Counted from the first letter of the whole stretch, positions 45,284 through 57,715 are shown. The stretch is 63,760 nt of DNA, filler included, from Pelomyxa schiedti (GCA_020536535.1; 15 parts of 15 records of this genome joined end to end with filler, not necessarily neighbours in it); one strand, 5' to 3'. Notes: generated by a model not told the origin, from the sequence alone. Numbers and translations: made by a program.

Positions 45284-48200
45284 TTACAGAAGTGGTTGGT
45301 ACTTGTACCACTGGAAGGGTTGAGAGTGTTTCAAGAATTTGACCTGTGTGCAGTGAGCTGTGAGGAAGGAGTGAGTGTTTAAATCCACACCGAAATTCGG
45401 CCTTCTTGAGGGGTTATCTTGCCAACAAAGCTGTATCAATTCGGCCCATTGTGGGTGGCAATCACTTGGCATTTCGGGCCTCTTTCCTTTGGCAGCTTTT
45501 GTGCGGGTGAATATTACGTTTTCTGCTTAATGTTGAAAGCATACCGTGCATTGAGGCAGGGGTACCGTCTAAATCATAAAATGGTAGTTTGCCCGTTATC
45601 AGTTCCCATAAAATAAGTCCGAATGAATAGACATCAACCTTGGCTCATGTTCGGAAACAGGAGGATAATGAAAGTATAACTACCTTGGAACTATAGCGTT
45701 CCCCTCTTGTAACTTCTGGGGCTCGCCAGCGAGGATTTCCTACACTGATTAGATATTTCATTAAATTCCTGTCATCGGTACCTATGTATGTCATGGTTTG
45801 ATCACCAACTTCGACCTTGAATCTGGATATGCCAAAGTCTGCAATCTGAAAAATGTTCATCTGGAGAAAATCGTGAAAGTATAGACCTTAGGTGTACCGT
45901 TTTGATCTAGCTGGAGTAGGGGTAGTTACGTAATTTAACAAAGAAAGGAGAACGGACCAAAATGTTGGCCGATGTGAGGTCTCGATGAATTATTTGAGGA
46001 CTTTGGCTGTGCAAAAATCTTTACCCAGTGTCAGGGAGGGAGTGAATGCCTCTTTTACATACTTCATTCCTTCTGCGATGCACTTGGCAATGGCGTTTAC
46101 TGAAGGAAGTTGTTGTTTCCCTCTTTTAGTTCCGTGGAGTACATCTTCCAAACTTCCCCCCGCCATGTATTCCAGTACTACCGCGGTCAGACATATTTCG
46201 GAATTTAGTAGGGGAGTTACCCAGACATAGATCGGGCGGCGTAAGGGAGGCACCAATCATAGAAACGAAGTTTGGATTATTTGAAAGCTTGCTAATTGGA
46301 GGTAGGGTCGACGATAAGGGAAATAATAGAATTACTGCATTAAAGCTGCTTCTAAGATGAATTTTTCTAGAATCCATGACGGCTCTTTGCCTGCATCAAC
46401 TAATTTGTCATGTCTAACTTTTTTTACTGCAACCTGGCGCTGTATAATACTTAATACTGGTTTAGCCATACTGGATAATGTACTTGGTTTATAGTGGCCA
46501 GGTAAACATCTCCAAATGCACCAGCGCCAATATGTTTTGCAGACAGTGTTGACAACGTACTGTAGGGGATTATTTCTACAAAAAAAAATGTGTAAAATAA
46601 GTGTCACTCGTTGTAGATACTTACTTCCTGCTTTTTCTAAAAGTATGACAGCTAAATCAAAGTGTTTGTGAGCGGAGCACACATCAATGGGTGAGTTCCC
46701 CAAACTATCAAGAGCAGTAGGCTTGCAGCCTTTCTCGAGAAGAAACTTTTGGCAGGGATTACACATACTAGTAGGAAGAGTATTCTCATACAAGAGCTGT
46801 TTCTCTTCGGTTACCCTTTGCAGCCATGTGAAGAGCAGTCTAGAGAACTGTGGGAAACTTTAACAGATGAATATTGGAACCTGTCCATTATTATTTGCCA
46901 CTTTGGGGTCTGCCCCACAGGCAGCTAACAAACGGACGACTGCCAAATGCCCCTGTATTCTATAAGCTACAAGATAATGGAAAAGTGTACGAACTGTACT
47001 TCATAGGATGCCAGGTTTATGGGAGTATCCCCACTTGCTCGAGTTTTTAAATTGATGCTGTTGGAATCAGTCAATGCTCTCACCACCTTTGTTGTATTTT
47101 GTAATGACAGAAGAAAGGGGGAAGGTACCTCAACAGCACCCGAGGCAGCTGCTGTGTGAATAGGATATGCACCTTGTTTATTTGGAACTAAGGTACTTGC
47201 TTTTGCCTTTCTTTTTTCAACACGGTAAATACAGAGAAAAAAGAAAGACCTTCAGTAGCAGATAAAGGGTTTCCTTTGTTCGAGTAATATGGAGGGGTGT
47301 ATTCCCATCTGAATCGGTAATAAGGGCACAAGCAGGATTATACATCACAAACTGACGAAGAAGTTCTTCATATCCCTAATAGCTTCAGTTAAACAGGCAC
47401 GGTGCAGGAGGAAGGACCTTTTTCGTGGCAGTGATTGCCAAATTTACCAAGATTTTTTTTACGTCATTGAGTAATATTGGAGTCCCTGATTTATTGTGTT
47501 AAAAATGCAAGAAGAAAGGAAGGGAAAAGCATTGATAACCCACTTGCATTTTTTATTAACTTGAAAAGAGTGGGAGCAACGACGTCATCGTATCCAAGTG
47601 ATGTAGCAATTTCAAGAATAGAAATGTCAGATGCCATGGGCCCACTAAAATTGTGAAGGACTGCAGATGGTGAAGTTGAATCTAATTTGTGCTTTTCCTG
47701 CTGACAAATCGATAGATGAACTGAGAACCGCCTTTGTCTAAGAAAGATAAGCTTCCAATTTGTCGCCCTGAAATGTTGTGCCTTGAGCAAGGGAGAAGAA
47801 CTTCAGTGAATAGGAACCTTGTTTGAGAAGGACTACCGCTCTGTGCTGTCCCCTCAGCCGAGGGGGGCTGGTTTTGCTGTTGCTGCTGGTGTTGCATAGT
47901 GGCGAAGTCCACGTTGAAAGTGGTGGAATAAGGCCGCATCCATAGTTCATTATTTGAACTGAGTGCGTTCCACTGTTTGCACACTGTGGAGATGACACAC
48001 AATTCACGCAACGTGAGGTACCCCAGCACCCTCAGAGCCAATTGAACCGACAGAACTCCAAAAGGATCCTTACGAACTGGAGGTGGGGGTGGTGTACTTG
48101 GTGGAGGTATTGGTATTTGTTGTAACATCAATGCTGCCATCACAGCCGAGTCGTTTTGATTCTGAGTTTGTTTTACAGGAAACTGGAGTGATACAGATGT

Positions 48201-48494
48201 GGAGTGTTGTATGACGGGCTTTCCGCTGATGGAATTTGCCGGCGTGAGCAAAAGTGATGGAGTCCGCGCACTAATTGACACTGAATTGTGCTGCCGGGAA
48301 TTACTGCTACCGCTGCTGCTGATGCTGCCACACGTGGTGATGTTGCTGCATGTGGTTACATTCTTCATTATGGGTTGGTGCTGCTGCTGCTGGTGGTGGT
48401 GGTGATCCAAGTTGGTCGCGCTGGTGCTGGGGCTGGCAGTCACCGACGGCGGCTGGGGTTTGATAGATGCCGGAGGATGTTGGTTGATAGACAT
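45284..48494 (-). CDS. F-box plus ankyrin repeats plus TKL protein kinase (multi-exon; may extend 5' past the contig end)
   Basis: F-box [43 protein letters not shown]; ankyrin [21 protein letters not shown]; kinase [46 protein letters not shown]. Confidence 0.88.
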
Positions 48495-48684
48495 TGCGAT
48501 GATGTGTGCTTGCAGAGCAACTGCGGCGGCGGCCGCCGGCGGCTGGGGCTGCGGCGGCGGCGACGTAGAAGGCGACGGGGGCGGNNNNNNNNNNNNNNNN
48601 NNNNNNNNNNNNNNNNNNNNNNNNNNNNTTAATTAATTAANNNNNNNNNNNNNNNNNNNNNNNNNNNNNNNNNNNNNNNNNNNN

Positions 48685-49718
48685 CCTGGCTTTGTGGGAA
48701 AGTTGAACCATTCTCTGATGTCATTGCAGCTGCATTTGATAACACCTCGAGGAGAACAGGAGCACCACTGGTTTGTCCTTCAATGCAATTTTCAGTGGAG
48801 CTAATCCCAGGAACTCCAACAGGAGGGGCCGCTCCACCGACTGGTGAGCTTCCGGGCAGTACTATTCAGCCATTGTGGCCACTGTTGGAGGAATGGCATG
48901 TGGGGAAAAAGACTGCAGAATAAAACCCCTCAAGTAGTCCAGTTGGTCATGAAGTAACTTGTTCTCACACGAAACAAGATTAAGTTGGGTGACCAAACTG
49001 CTGCTTGCAACCTCTCCTTGGGCCACTTTCGCCTCAAGGGTCTTGATGAAAGTCTGGTTTATGGTTAGTAGTGTGCAAACATTTCATTTAACTGTTTCAC
49101 CTTTTGCCTCAGGCGAAATTTTTGAGCCGCCTCTCTATTTTTCTTTCTTCGTCTGGCTGCCTTATCTTCTGGTGTTGATTCTATCATAGTGGTTGATAAC
49201 ACCCAAAGAAAACAATGTGTGCTAACCTTTTGAGCCTCTTTTCCCTTTTTTTGATTTTGACTTGACAGGCTGCAATTTTTGGGTACTTAGGTAAGATTCC
49301 TGCACGATCAAAATAAGGAAAACAGTGTTACCTTTTCTGCTGAGTCTATTGCAGCCGGTGGACCAGCAATCAATCTATTTCTTTTATTCAGAGAACTTTT
49401 GAATGTGCTCCGCCAAGCTTACCCATCAAAAAGAGCAGCAGACGAGCCGAGTACATTGGAATCCACTGGATCAAGAACACCGCGAGTGATACTGTCTTCT
49501 GTTTTGAACAACATGTAAGCGTTTTTCTTGGTGGTTGGATAGTGACCGACCTGTGTTATAGGGGCAAAAGCTCACAGGAGCCAATCCCGTTATTGCACTC
49601 GCACTGTGGGCATTCCTGCTGAGACCGCGGGATAAAACCACGCCACCACTGGGATCACTGACACTATAGTTGCTGCCTACAATGGGAATTCTAGATGGCG
49701 GCCTCTGCGCGAACAATG
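48685..49718 (-). CDS. bZIP transcription factor fragment
   Basis: Exon at about 49098-49177 reads EDKAARRRKKNREAAQKFRLRQK and is spliced to TFIKTLEAKVAQGEVASSSLVTQLNLVSCENKLLHDQLDYLRGFI (heptad zipper). Confidence 0.8.
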
Positions 49719-49917
49719 NNNNNNNNNNNNNNNNNNNNNNNNNNNNNNNNNNNNNNNNNNNNTTAATTAATTAANNNNNNNNNNNNNNNNNNNNNNNNNN
49801 NNNNNNNNNNNNNNNNNNTAATTAATAAATTATAACTCCGTAGTTGTCGCTCTTATGAGTCCTCACTGATATTGATCCCGAGGGAAGGAAGGAGCCAATG
49901 GTGTTGCGGGTTTTTGG

Positions 49918-51003
49918 TTACAAGTTCTCAGGTAAAAGAGAATCGGTGCCATGGACTTTCCAGCCCCTCACGTCCACATAGAATGATGCAACATGAACCC
50001 CAGAGAGTGCATCCACGCATTTCACCATGTGGTTCTCCTTGGTGAACAGAAAGCCAGATCCCAAAATGACCTCTTCAGGTCCATCCCACCCTCGCACCAG
50101 CTTGTTTGATCCTGTCTCGAACACGCTGAAGTGCGTTTGCCCGTCATCCTGGTGGCACTCAACAGCGTAGTGAGTGTCACCGACTGGTGTCAATGAAGTT
50201 TGGAACACGGTGAGTACTCCACTGACAACATCCTTCATCAGCGTGACTGGCTTGGGATACGGGTCACTGGAATGAACAACAATCAACCTCTTTTCTTTGT
50301 CTGTCATGACATCCATGACACTACAAACTCCCCACTCTCGTTCCCAGTCAACATAAAACTCCTTTGTAATCACCCATGCTCTGGAGTCAAAGCACCTCCG
50401 CATGTCATAAATTCTGACTATGCTGCTGCTGTACATCTTATCAATCACAATGCACAACTCGTCACCATCTGCAATCAACTCAGCTGGTTGGCTGCGTGTG
50501 AGGAATGGCTCTCCAGGAAAGAATCGCCCCTCTGCGTCAAAAATGAGATCCAACTCCAGTGGATCACCTTCAGGGAAGCCCTTGGACACTCTCCACACAG
50601 ACAATTTACAAGAGGGGCCCTTCAACATCATCCACTTGTGGTTATAAAGTGTATCCCAAAGGTTGCTCCCTTTTCCCCCTACAACAACAGTGTCTCTCCT
50701 CCTGGTGAGGTCCACAGCACACACTACATTATTTTCCTCGCACAACATTACAGTTGGGCTTAGGAACCTCACACTGGGAAGTGCTGTATTGTATGTATTC
50801 AGTACCGTTGGTGTTCCACCAGTGACACCAAGTGTGGGTGACACACTCAAAAGGACATACATCGCAGCGGGTGGACAATGCCGGCCCCACGCATAAATGC
50901 TCTCAATGTGAATGGCCACACAACGTGATGGTTCCAGAACCCACGATTGAATCAACTCACGCAACACACACTGGGGCAGAAGAGAGACTGCCTGCTTGCT
51001 CAT
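49918..51003 (-). CDS. Beta-rich family protein, copy D (ORF open upstream to 51183)
   Basis: LPQCVLRELIQSWVL, LSVSPTLGV, NHKWMML, IYDMRRCFDSRAWVI, GFLFTKENHMVKCVDALSGVHVASF. Confidence 0.75.
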   Translation of the reverse strand: MSKQAVSLLPQCVLRELIQSWVLEPSRCVAIHIESIYAWGRHCPPAAMYVLLSVSPTLGVTGGTPTVLNTYNTALPSVRFLSPTVMLCEENNVVCAVDLTRRRDTVVVGGKGSNLWDTLYNHKWMMLKGPSCKLSVWRVSKGFPEGDPLELDLIFDAEGRFFPGEPFLTRSQPAELIADGDELCIVIDKMYSSSIVRIYDMRRCFDSRAWVITKEFYVDWEREWGVCSVMDVMTDKEKRLIVVHSSDPYPKPVTLMKDVVSGVLTVFQTSLTPVGDTHYAVECHQDDGQTHFSVFETGSNKLVRGWDGPEEVILGSGFLFTKENHMVKCVDALSGVHVASFYVDVRGWKVHGTDSLLPENL

Positions 51004-51797
51004 CGGCCTGGTGCCTTTTGTTGTTGTCACAAGTGAAGAGTTTGTTTGTGGCCTTGTGTGGGCACAAAACAGGGTGAAATACCTGATAAAAGAGCCACTG
51101 CTTGGTCTCGAGCCAAAATCCCCTCGCAAAATTCGGTCATCAGCCAATTCTTTTGATGCAAGATGCAACAGTGGCAGTAACACGTATTAACGTTGTTCGC
51201 TCTTTAACGACTCCTTTTACTGTGTGATGGAACCGCCTCGTTGAATTCTTTTACGGAAAAGAAGATCAATGTATCGTGGTGTGCAACTTATCACAACATC
51301 CTTACACCGAGGGGAGGCCATGCCACCAGTGGTGAAGAGGAACAAGCAGTGGACAACCAGTACCCATTTGCTTTTTGTTGTCTTCTTCGCCACAACTTGT
51401 TATTATTTTATTTATCGGAGCGTTTTTGATTTTATTATTTAACGAATTTATTTTTAAATAATTATAATGTATTAACTTCTTTCTTATTAATTAAATTATT
51501 AGATAATAATTAAGTTTAAACTTATTAAATTACGCCTCCAGTTCTTTTTTCCATTCAACCTGTATTAGAAGTCTCTGCATTACACCGGTATTTACGGCAG
51601 CTTTCCACCAGTATGTGGCTTCTTCTTTCTTCGTTTTCTCACGTAGGATAATTTAGGTGCCGGACGTGGTGTCTGTAATCCCAGCTGGCTAGGTAACNNN
51701 NNNNNNNNNNNNNNNNNNNNNNNNNNNNNNNNNNNNNNNNNTTAATTAATTAANNNNNNNNNNNNNNNNNNNNNNNNNNNNNNNNNNNNNNNNNNNN

Positions 51798-54060
51798 AGA
51801 GTAAGAAGGGAAATTTGGGCCTGGTTGTGCACCCGTCACAGTAAAGTGTGGTAGTTGGAAAGCGGAAAAGAGGGAGAGTGGGTTAGGGAAGTTGGGGTTG
51901 GTCAGTCCGGTACCTACAACTGTTCAGCAATGACAAAAAAGGAGAAGGATGTACGTCGGTGATTGTCATGTCAGCAGCGGCAGGCAAGTTGACCACCTAA
52001 GTGTAAAAAAAAAACCAGTGCTGAAAGAACAGATGGAATTTACCTTGCCCGCTGGAATGATAGTTATCTACTATGGAAAAAAGAACTGGAGGCGTAATTA
52101 ATTAATTTCTCTTCAATAAAATCGTTCCGTAGGAATGACAGAGTCGGGTGGCACAACTGAAACAACACCCTCCCCCCCACTCGCGACGGCACCTACGGCT
52201 ACTATAACGGCCAACTATGTCCCCCCGCAGTGTGCATGTTGCGGCGCGGCGTTCCTCTCTGGGGCGGTTCCTGTCCCGCCCACGCCGTCCCACGTCGTTG
52301 CCGAGGCCACCCCCCCTGGCCCAAAACGGGCCTGCTGCCTGTCCCGCGCCGACGAAGCAGCAGACAACAAGGAGCAGGGGGCGCCCGCTGTGTTGCTTTC
52401 GCCGTGTGGCCATGTAATCTGCGCGTCGTGCCGGTTGGCGTCGTCGGGCGGCGCTAGAGCCGCTCTGGGGAGCTCAGATGTTGCAACATCAGAGAGTACT
52501 CGTCCAGACGGTGCAAGTTCGTGCGCTGCTAACGCGAGTGTCAGTGACACACACCGGCGCATGGGATGTGGCAGTACTGAGCACCGCGCAGCGACAGGCA
52601 CACCTACGGAATCCCCGATCGAAGCGGGGGCTACTGCCCGCTCATTTTCTTCGTCGGTGGTGGACAAGAAGATCGGCTATTCCTGCCCGGCATGCGGGTG
52701 CCTGGTTGTCGAGGACAAAGAAGATACGCTGCTGATGGACGTTCTTGCATTGATGGATGCGGTGGGTTGCCCTGTCGAAATCCCAAGCAAAACGCCTATT
52801 GGTGATTCTATGGAAGTAGGGGATAATACTAAGAGCTCTGCTGCCTGTATTCGCCCGCCAACACAGTACTCGCTGTGCGATGAGTGCATGGTAAATCCCG
52901 CGACTGTGTGGTGTGAAAAGGAAGAGATAGCACTGTGTGCCGAGTGTGACAAAGTTTTCCACTCTTTTAGGCTCACTCAGTCTCACGTGAGAGTGCCGAT
53001 TGGAAACAAGCCTGCCTTGAAATTTCGGGAACCGAAATGCAAAGTCCACTCCGGCAAAGATCTTACTCTCTGGTGTGAAGATGATAAGGTGCGTACTTAT
53101 TTAACTAAATAACTCATTTTTCTTACCTTGTTTGGTTTTTTAGGAATTATGTTGTCACATTTGCAAAGAATCTGGTAACCACAGGGGGCACAATATCTCA
53201 ATCAGGGACGATGCCTGTCGCAGTAACATAGAGAATCTATTGAAAACCGCAAGAGAAGGTGCCGACTCGATAAAATCTGATGAATCCAAAGCCTCTGACT
53301 TGCGAGAGGCATCAAGCAAGGTCAAATTCGAAGCAGAGAAGATCAGGTTGCAAATACAGACAGCATTCTCAAATCTCCATGAAGCACTACTCAAGAGGGA
53401 ATCAGAATTGTATACACGTTTGGAAACCTCAAAAGCGGAACTGTTGGACACACTCTCTCGACAAACGAGTATGTAGTAACATGTTTTCCCTCAAAGTAGC
53501 TTATATCCTACAAGGTGACGCAGTGTTCTCTGTTGCAAAATCCAAAGTGCTCTACGGTTCTGTCGTGCACACACTCAACTTACCAAACACTTTTACAACG
53601 CTTCAGGTTCTCTCGGGTATACACAAAAGGGGCTACAACTATAATCCTCGAACTAGGCTGTGCCAAACAAGCCTGTCACAAGGGCCATGGTTTGAATTTT
53701 TCACAGACAATCATGTAATGAGCAAGTCAATTGCTCATTTTGGTACACTGTCAACACCAAAATTCCCGGCACCCCAAGTAGAAGTCTCCGCATTACACCA
53801 GTATTTATGGCAGCTTTTTTTTTACAGTTGCACCAGATGGCAAAAAAAAAAAAAGTTTTCTGCTCTTAAGTCCTGTATACAAAATCGTGCCACGTTCTTT
53901 TAAATCCACATTTTGGAGAGAAGCGTTGTGGGTACGCATGAGAGTGAAAGAGTAAGAAGGGAAATTTGGGCCTGGTTGTGCACCCGTCACAGTAAAGTGT
54001 GGTAGTTGGAAAGCGGAAAAGAGGGAGAGTGGGTTAGGGAAGTTGGGGTTGGTCAGTCCG
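51798..54060 (+). repeat. Contig with an identical 112-bp direct terminal repeat (51798-51909 = 53949-54060); 2151-bp unit
   Basis: AGAGTAAGAAGGGAAATTTGGG...GGTCAGTCCG occurs at both contig ends. Confidence 0.95.
52135..53900 (+). CDS. TRIM-like RING / B-box1 / B-box2 / coiled-coil protein (spliced; 3' end uncertain)
   Basis: Split RING CACC...PCGHVICASC...CPAC; B-box1 CDECMVNPATVWCEKEEIALCAECDKVFH...SHVR; B-box2 CKVHSGKDLTLWCEDDK/ELCCHICKESGNHRGH; BBC-like coil KIRLQIQTAFSNLHEALLKRESEL. Confidence 0.85.
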
Positions 54061-54160
54061 NNNNNNNNNNNNNNNNNNNNNNNNNNNNNNNNNNNNNNNN
54101 NNNNTTAATTAATTAANNNNNNNNNNNNNNNNNNNNNNNNNNNNNNNNNNNNNNNNNNNN

Positions 54161-55468
54161 GAACCGGGTAAGTGCGGGAAGGATAAGAAGGAAAGAAACA
54201 AACCTTCCCTGCCATTACAAAGTCAATGATTCCTGTGGGAGAGATAAGATTCCATTTAACTTTTTGAGTGTTTATGCACACCCCACATGGACGGGAACCC
54301 GGCAAATGGCTCCGTCCCAGTGATAACGTGATAAGCCACATGGCTGAAGCTGAGAACCAGTTAAAAAAAGGTTAACCGTAATAAAATCCCACCTATATAC
54401 ATCAACGCTCTCATTATAAGCTCCATTTTTCAGAAGTTCCTATTGTAAGTCAGAGCGGAACCTCAAAGTGTTTCACATACTGGAGCCATGAAAGCTGGGG
54501 TACCTATCTGCGAGGAATAAGTTAATATTTCCGGTAATAAAAGAAAATACTCCAATTGTATATTGCCCTGTGGCTTTGATTCTGTTGATGTCTCTTGTTG
54601 TTCCAAAATCTGAGTTATGTTGTGAACAACTTCCTTTCTCGGGGTTACGTACCAGTAAGCTTGCAATTAAGCATTGCCAATTCATCAAGAGATACCATCT
54701 AAAAATTGGTGAGGTTCGGGAACTGTAGTGACACCAAAAACCAGTAGGTTATCAGTCTTTAGGTCTCGATGGAGGAAATGACTACTGTGAAGGAAATTCA
54801 TTCCTCGTGCACAATCGAGGAGACATTTCAGCTTGAGTCTTGGAGAGAAAGGGTATGTCTATATATGGTTACAGTGGTTTTTGTGCTGAACTCTTTTTAC
54901 CTTCAAACAATTTGCAAGGTTGCCAAGGGAGAAAAACTCCTGAAGATAAAGTGAATGCAGAGGAATTTTACTTGGACCGTACAGTGACAATGGCTAGTTT
55001 TCCTGGTGTCCTGCATGCACCATAAAAATGCACAATCTAAGATAAGACAGTAACTATAGGTTAAGATCTGCGAGTCACAAGTCATACTTGGGGACATCTG
55101 ACCGCCTCCAGGGCACGAACTTCGTTCATGAAGTCGGACATAGCATCAGTTCCTTCTTGAAACTATCCCAAATATGTGTGAATAATATTTTGGGCTTGTG
55201 GGCACTCGTGGTACCTTGATGACTTTCACAGCAACTTCTTGACTCCGCCTAGATAAGGTTATTTGTGGCACAGCGGATTGTAAATTAAATACCACTCCGC
55301 CTTATAGACAATGCCATAAGAGCCTGCAAACGAATTTATTGTTAGTTTCCACGAAAAACAAAAAAAGAGGAAAACCTTCGCCAATGCAGGGCTTATGCAA
55401 CTAAAGTCTGTGGTTAGATAAATTGTTTCTAAGTTATTATCACGGAACCTGAATTTCATCAAAATCAA
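54161..55468 (-). CDS. TKL-group protein kinase fragment (truncated by contig ends)
   Basis: GSYGIVYKAEW, VAVKVI, DFMNEVRAL, FLHRDLKTDNLLV, CKLTDFGTTRD, GTPAFMAP. Confidence 0.85.
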
Positions 55469-55654
55469 GGAAAGTAGAGAGCATAGATTCCATGTGAATC
55501 TTCAGTGATACGAACATCTGTAGCCTGTTAATGTGAAAAGCATCACTTTTAATGNNNNNNNNNNNNNNNNNNNNNNNNNNNNNNNNNNNNNNNNNNNNTT
55601 AATTAATTAANNNNNNNNNNNNNNNNNNNNNNNNNNNNNNNNNNNNNNNNNNNN

Positions 55655-56575
55655 AGGATTTGCTCCAAGTTAAACATAAGTGGATCGTGCCTTGGCTCGA
55701 AGACCTTTTGTTGCAGCTGCCACTGCTCAGGAAACGACACAGACAACCCATCAATACAAACCGTCACTACGTTGGTAAAGCTTCCAAGAGAACCAGCTCT
55801 TTCCTGCACCCAAAAGGCATACCAAGTCGCACCCACACCCCCCGATTTCATTCCCAAGCAAGTATTGTCATCGTCGCACTTCTTGGCTGGATACGACAGG
55901 TACATCGCAACAAATCCTTCTTCAGCATCTCCCACTGCTATAGAGGCCTTGGTCTACAACGTCCTGTTGGACCAGTTTGGGCAGGGCTGTGCCGATGCTT
56001 TCCGATCGTACCCGGGAACAACACCACAAAAGCTGGTGATGCTGTGGTGCTCCGAGACGCGTGCTTATTCTGGAAGAAGTTACTTTCGCGTGCTGAATGA
56101 CGCACTCATACAGGACGCACCGTGCTTGGAGGAGCTGGGTGCCATTTTCTGGCACACAAACAGAACCCTGGTGTGTCAACATCCCCCGACAGTGACTCTG
56201 TACCGTGGCTCCCGCATGGTACCCATACAGCAAGCACTGTACAAAACAGGGCAGATTTATAGGTACCTTTTGCGTTTTCCTTTTGAAAGGAACTAATCAA
56301 ACCACTTTGGCAGGCAACCTACCATTGTATCAGCAAGTGCGAGGCCGGAAATGGCAAGCTGCTTTGCATTGGGAGTTGTTACCACATACAGAGTTCCATC
56401 AGGGTGCCGTAATGTTGGGCAAGTCAACTCCCCATTTCCAGGGGAGGCGGAATGGCTGTTTCCACCCTACACCAGAGTCAGGGTGATAAACAACGATCTC
56501 ACTGCACGGACTCTGGAACTGGAGGTGCTGGACAACAAGGCTTCAGCAACTGACCCCACCGCACCGCCAGGTTAA
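55655..56575 (+). CDS. R-S-E (ARTC / cholera-toxin-like) mono-ADP-ribosyltransferase, 5'-truncated, one intron at about 56263-56313
   Basis: YFRVLNDAL, TLYRGS (R motif), IVSAS (STS-like), FPGEAEWLFPPYTRVRV (ExE). Confidence 0.85.
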
Positions 56576-56994
56576 CCTGCTGGAAGCGGCCGTGGTTGTC
56601 GGCTCATAGGAATGATGAAGTGTAATTATGGTACTAACTGATGCAATAAAGTTCTCTATGAAACATTAATTGGTTTGGTGTTCAGTGAAGTCAATTAGGC
56701 TCACCTTAGATAGGTATTCTAGGGAAACTACACAACCATAACAGACACTGCTGCTCACATCTCCGGATTTGTATTCAGTTTCCACCATCTGTGTGGCTTC
56801 GTCGCTGTAGTTCTAAGTACGGTTCTAATCACTGATGGATTTCTGGGAAAACTACCGCGAATCTGTTGGGACCCTGAGGGAGATCCAGGCGACANNNNNN
56901 NNNNNNNNNNNNNNNNNNNNNNNNNNNNNNNNNNNNNNTTAATTAATTAANNNNNNNNNNNNNNNNNNNNNNNNNNNNNNNNNNNNNNNNNNNN

Positions 56995-57435
56995 GTTGTA
57001 TAGAACATTGACAGGACTACCTGAAGGGATACACCCAGTAATTCATATTGATAGACTTAAACCATATCTGGATAGTGAGCTTAGAGTTAAAGCGGCTGAA
57101 GAAGAGCAAAAGTATGAGATACCGCAAGAACCAGTGATGAAACAAGAGAGAATTACATCAGCAAAGGTGATAGATGGAGGTTTGAAATTTAGAGTCAAAT
57201 GGGAAGGATTGTCTCAATCAAGAATTCAACCTGGATGACAAAAGAAGAAGTCGATGCTAAGGTAATGGAAGTATATGAGAGAAAAGAGGCATACAAGAAG
57301 GCAAAGCAAGCCACTACGAGGAAACGGAAACCGCCTTTTGCAATGCAAAAGCGAAACCAAAGATGCCGAAACGTGCGCGAGGTAAAACCCAACAAGTTGC
57401 TACGCGTAAACAACAAGTTGGAGACGGTATTCTAA
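56995..57435 (+). mobile_element. Ty3/gypsy chromovirus integrase C-terminus (GPY/F plus chromodomain), frameshifted
   Basis: LPEGIHPVIHIDRLKPY and ERITSAKVIDGGLKFRVKWEGLS; after a frameshift at about 57213 the frame continues SIKNSTWMTKEEV. Confidence 0.85.
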
Positions 57436-57439
57436 ACGC

Positions 57440-57715
57440 ACATCAGAACCGCAAGTAAAATCTCCAATATGCGTAACACCGACACCACCTCCGCGCGTAT
57501 GGTCACAATTATTCCAGCTCGGCCAATTACCCCAAAATTCCCCGCAAAGCGATCTACCAACCACGCCTATGAATATATAACAGCGCCGGGTAATTTCAAG
57601 CGGTTGCGAGGACGCAACGAGCTAAGCCGAAGGGAGATTGTGAAGAGTTTTCGAAGGCTGTTTACTCACAATTCCGTACCAGCCTAAAGCACCCAACCAT
57701 AATGAAGAATAAAAC
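57440..57715 (+). mobile_element. Possible 3' LTR of the chromovirus
   Basis: Directly follows the integrase stop. TATATAA near 57574 and AATAAA near 57708. No second LTR is available to confirm. Confidence 0.3.
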
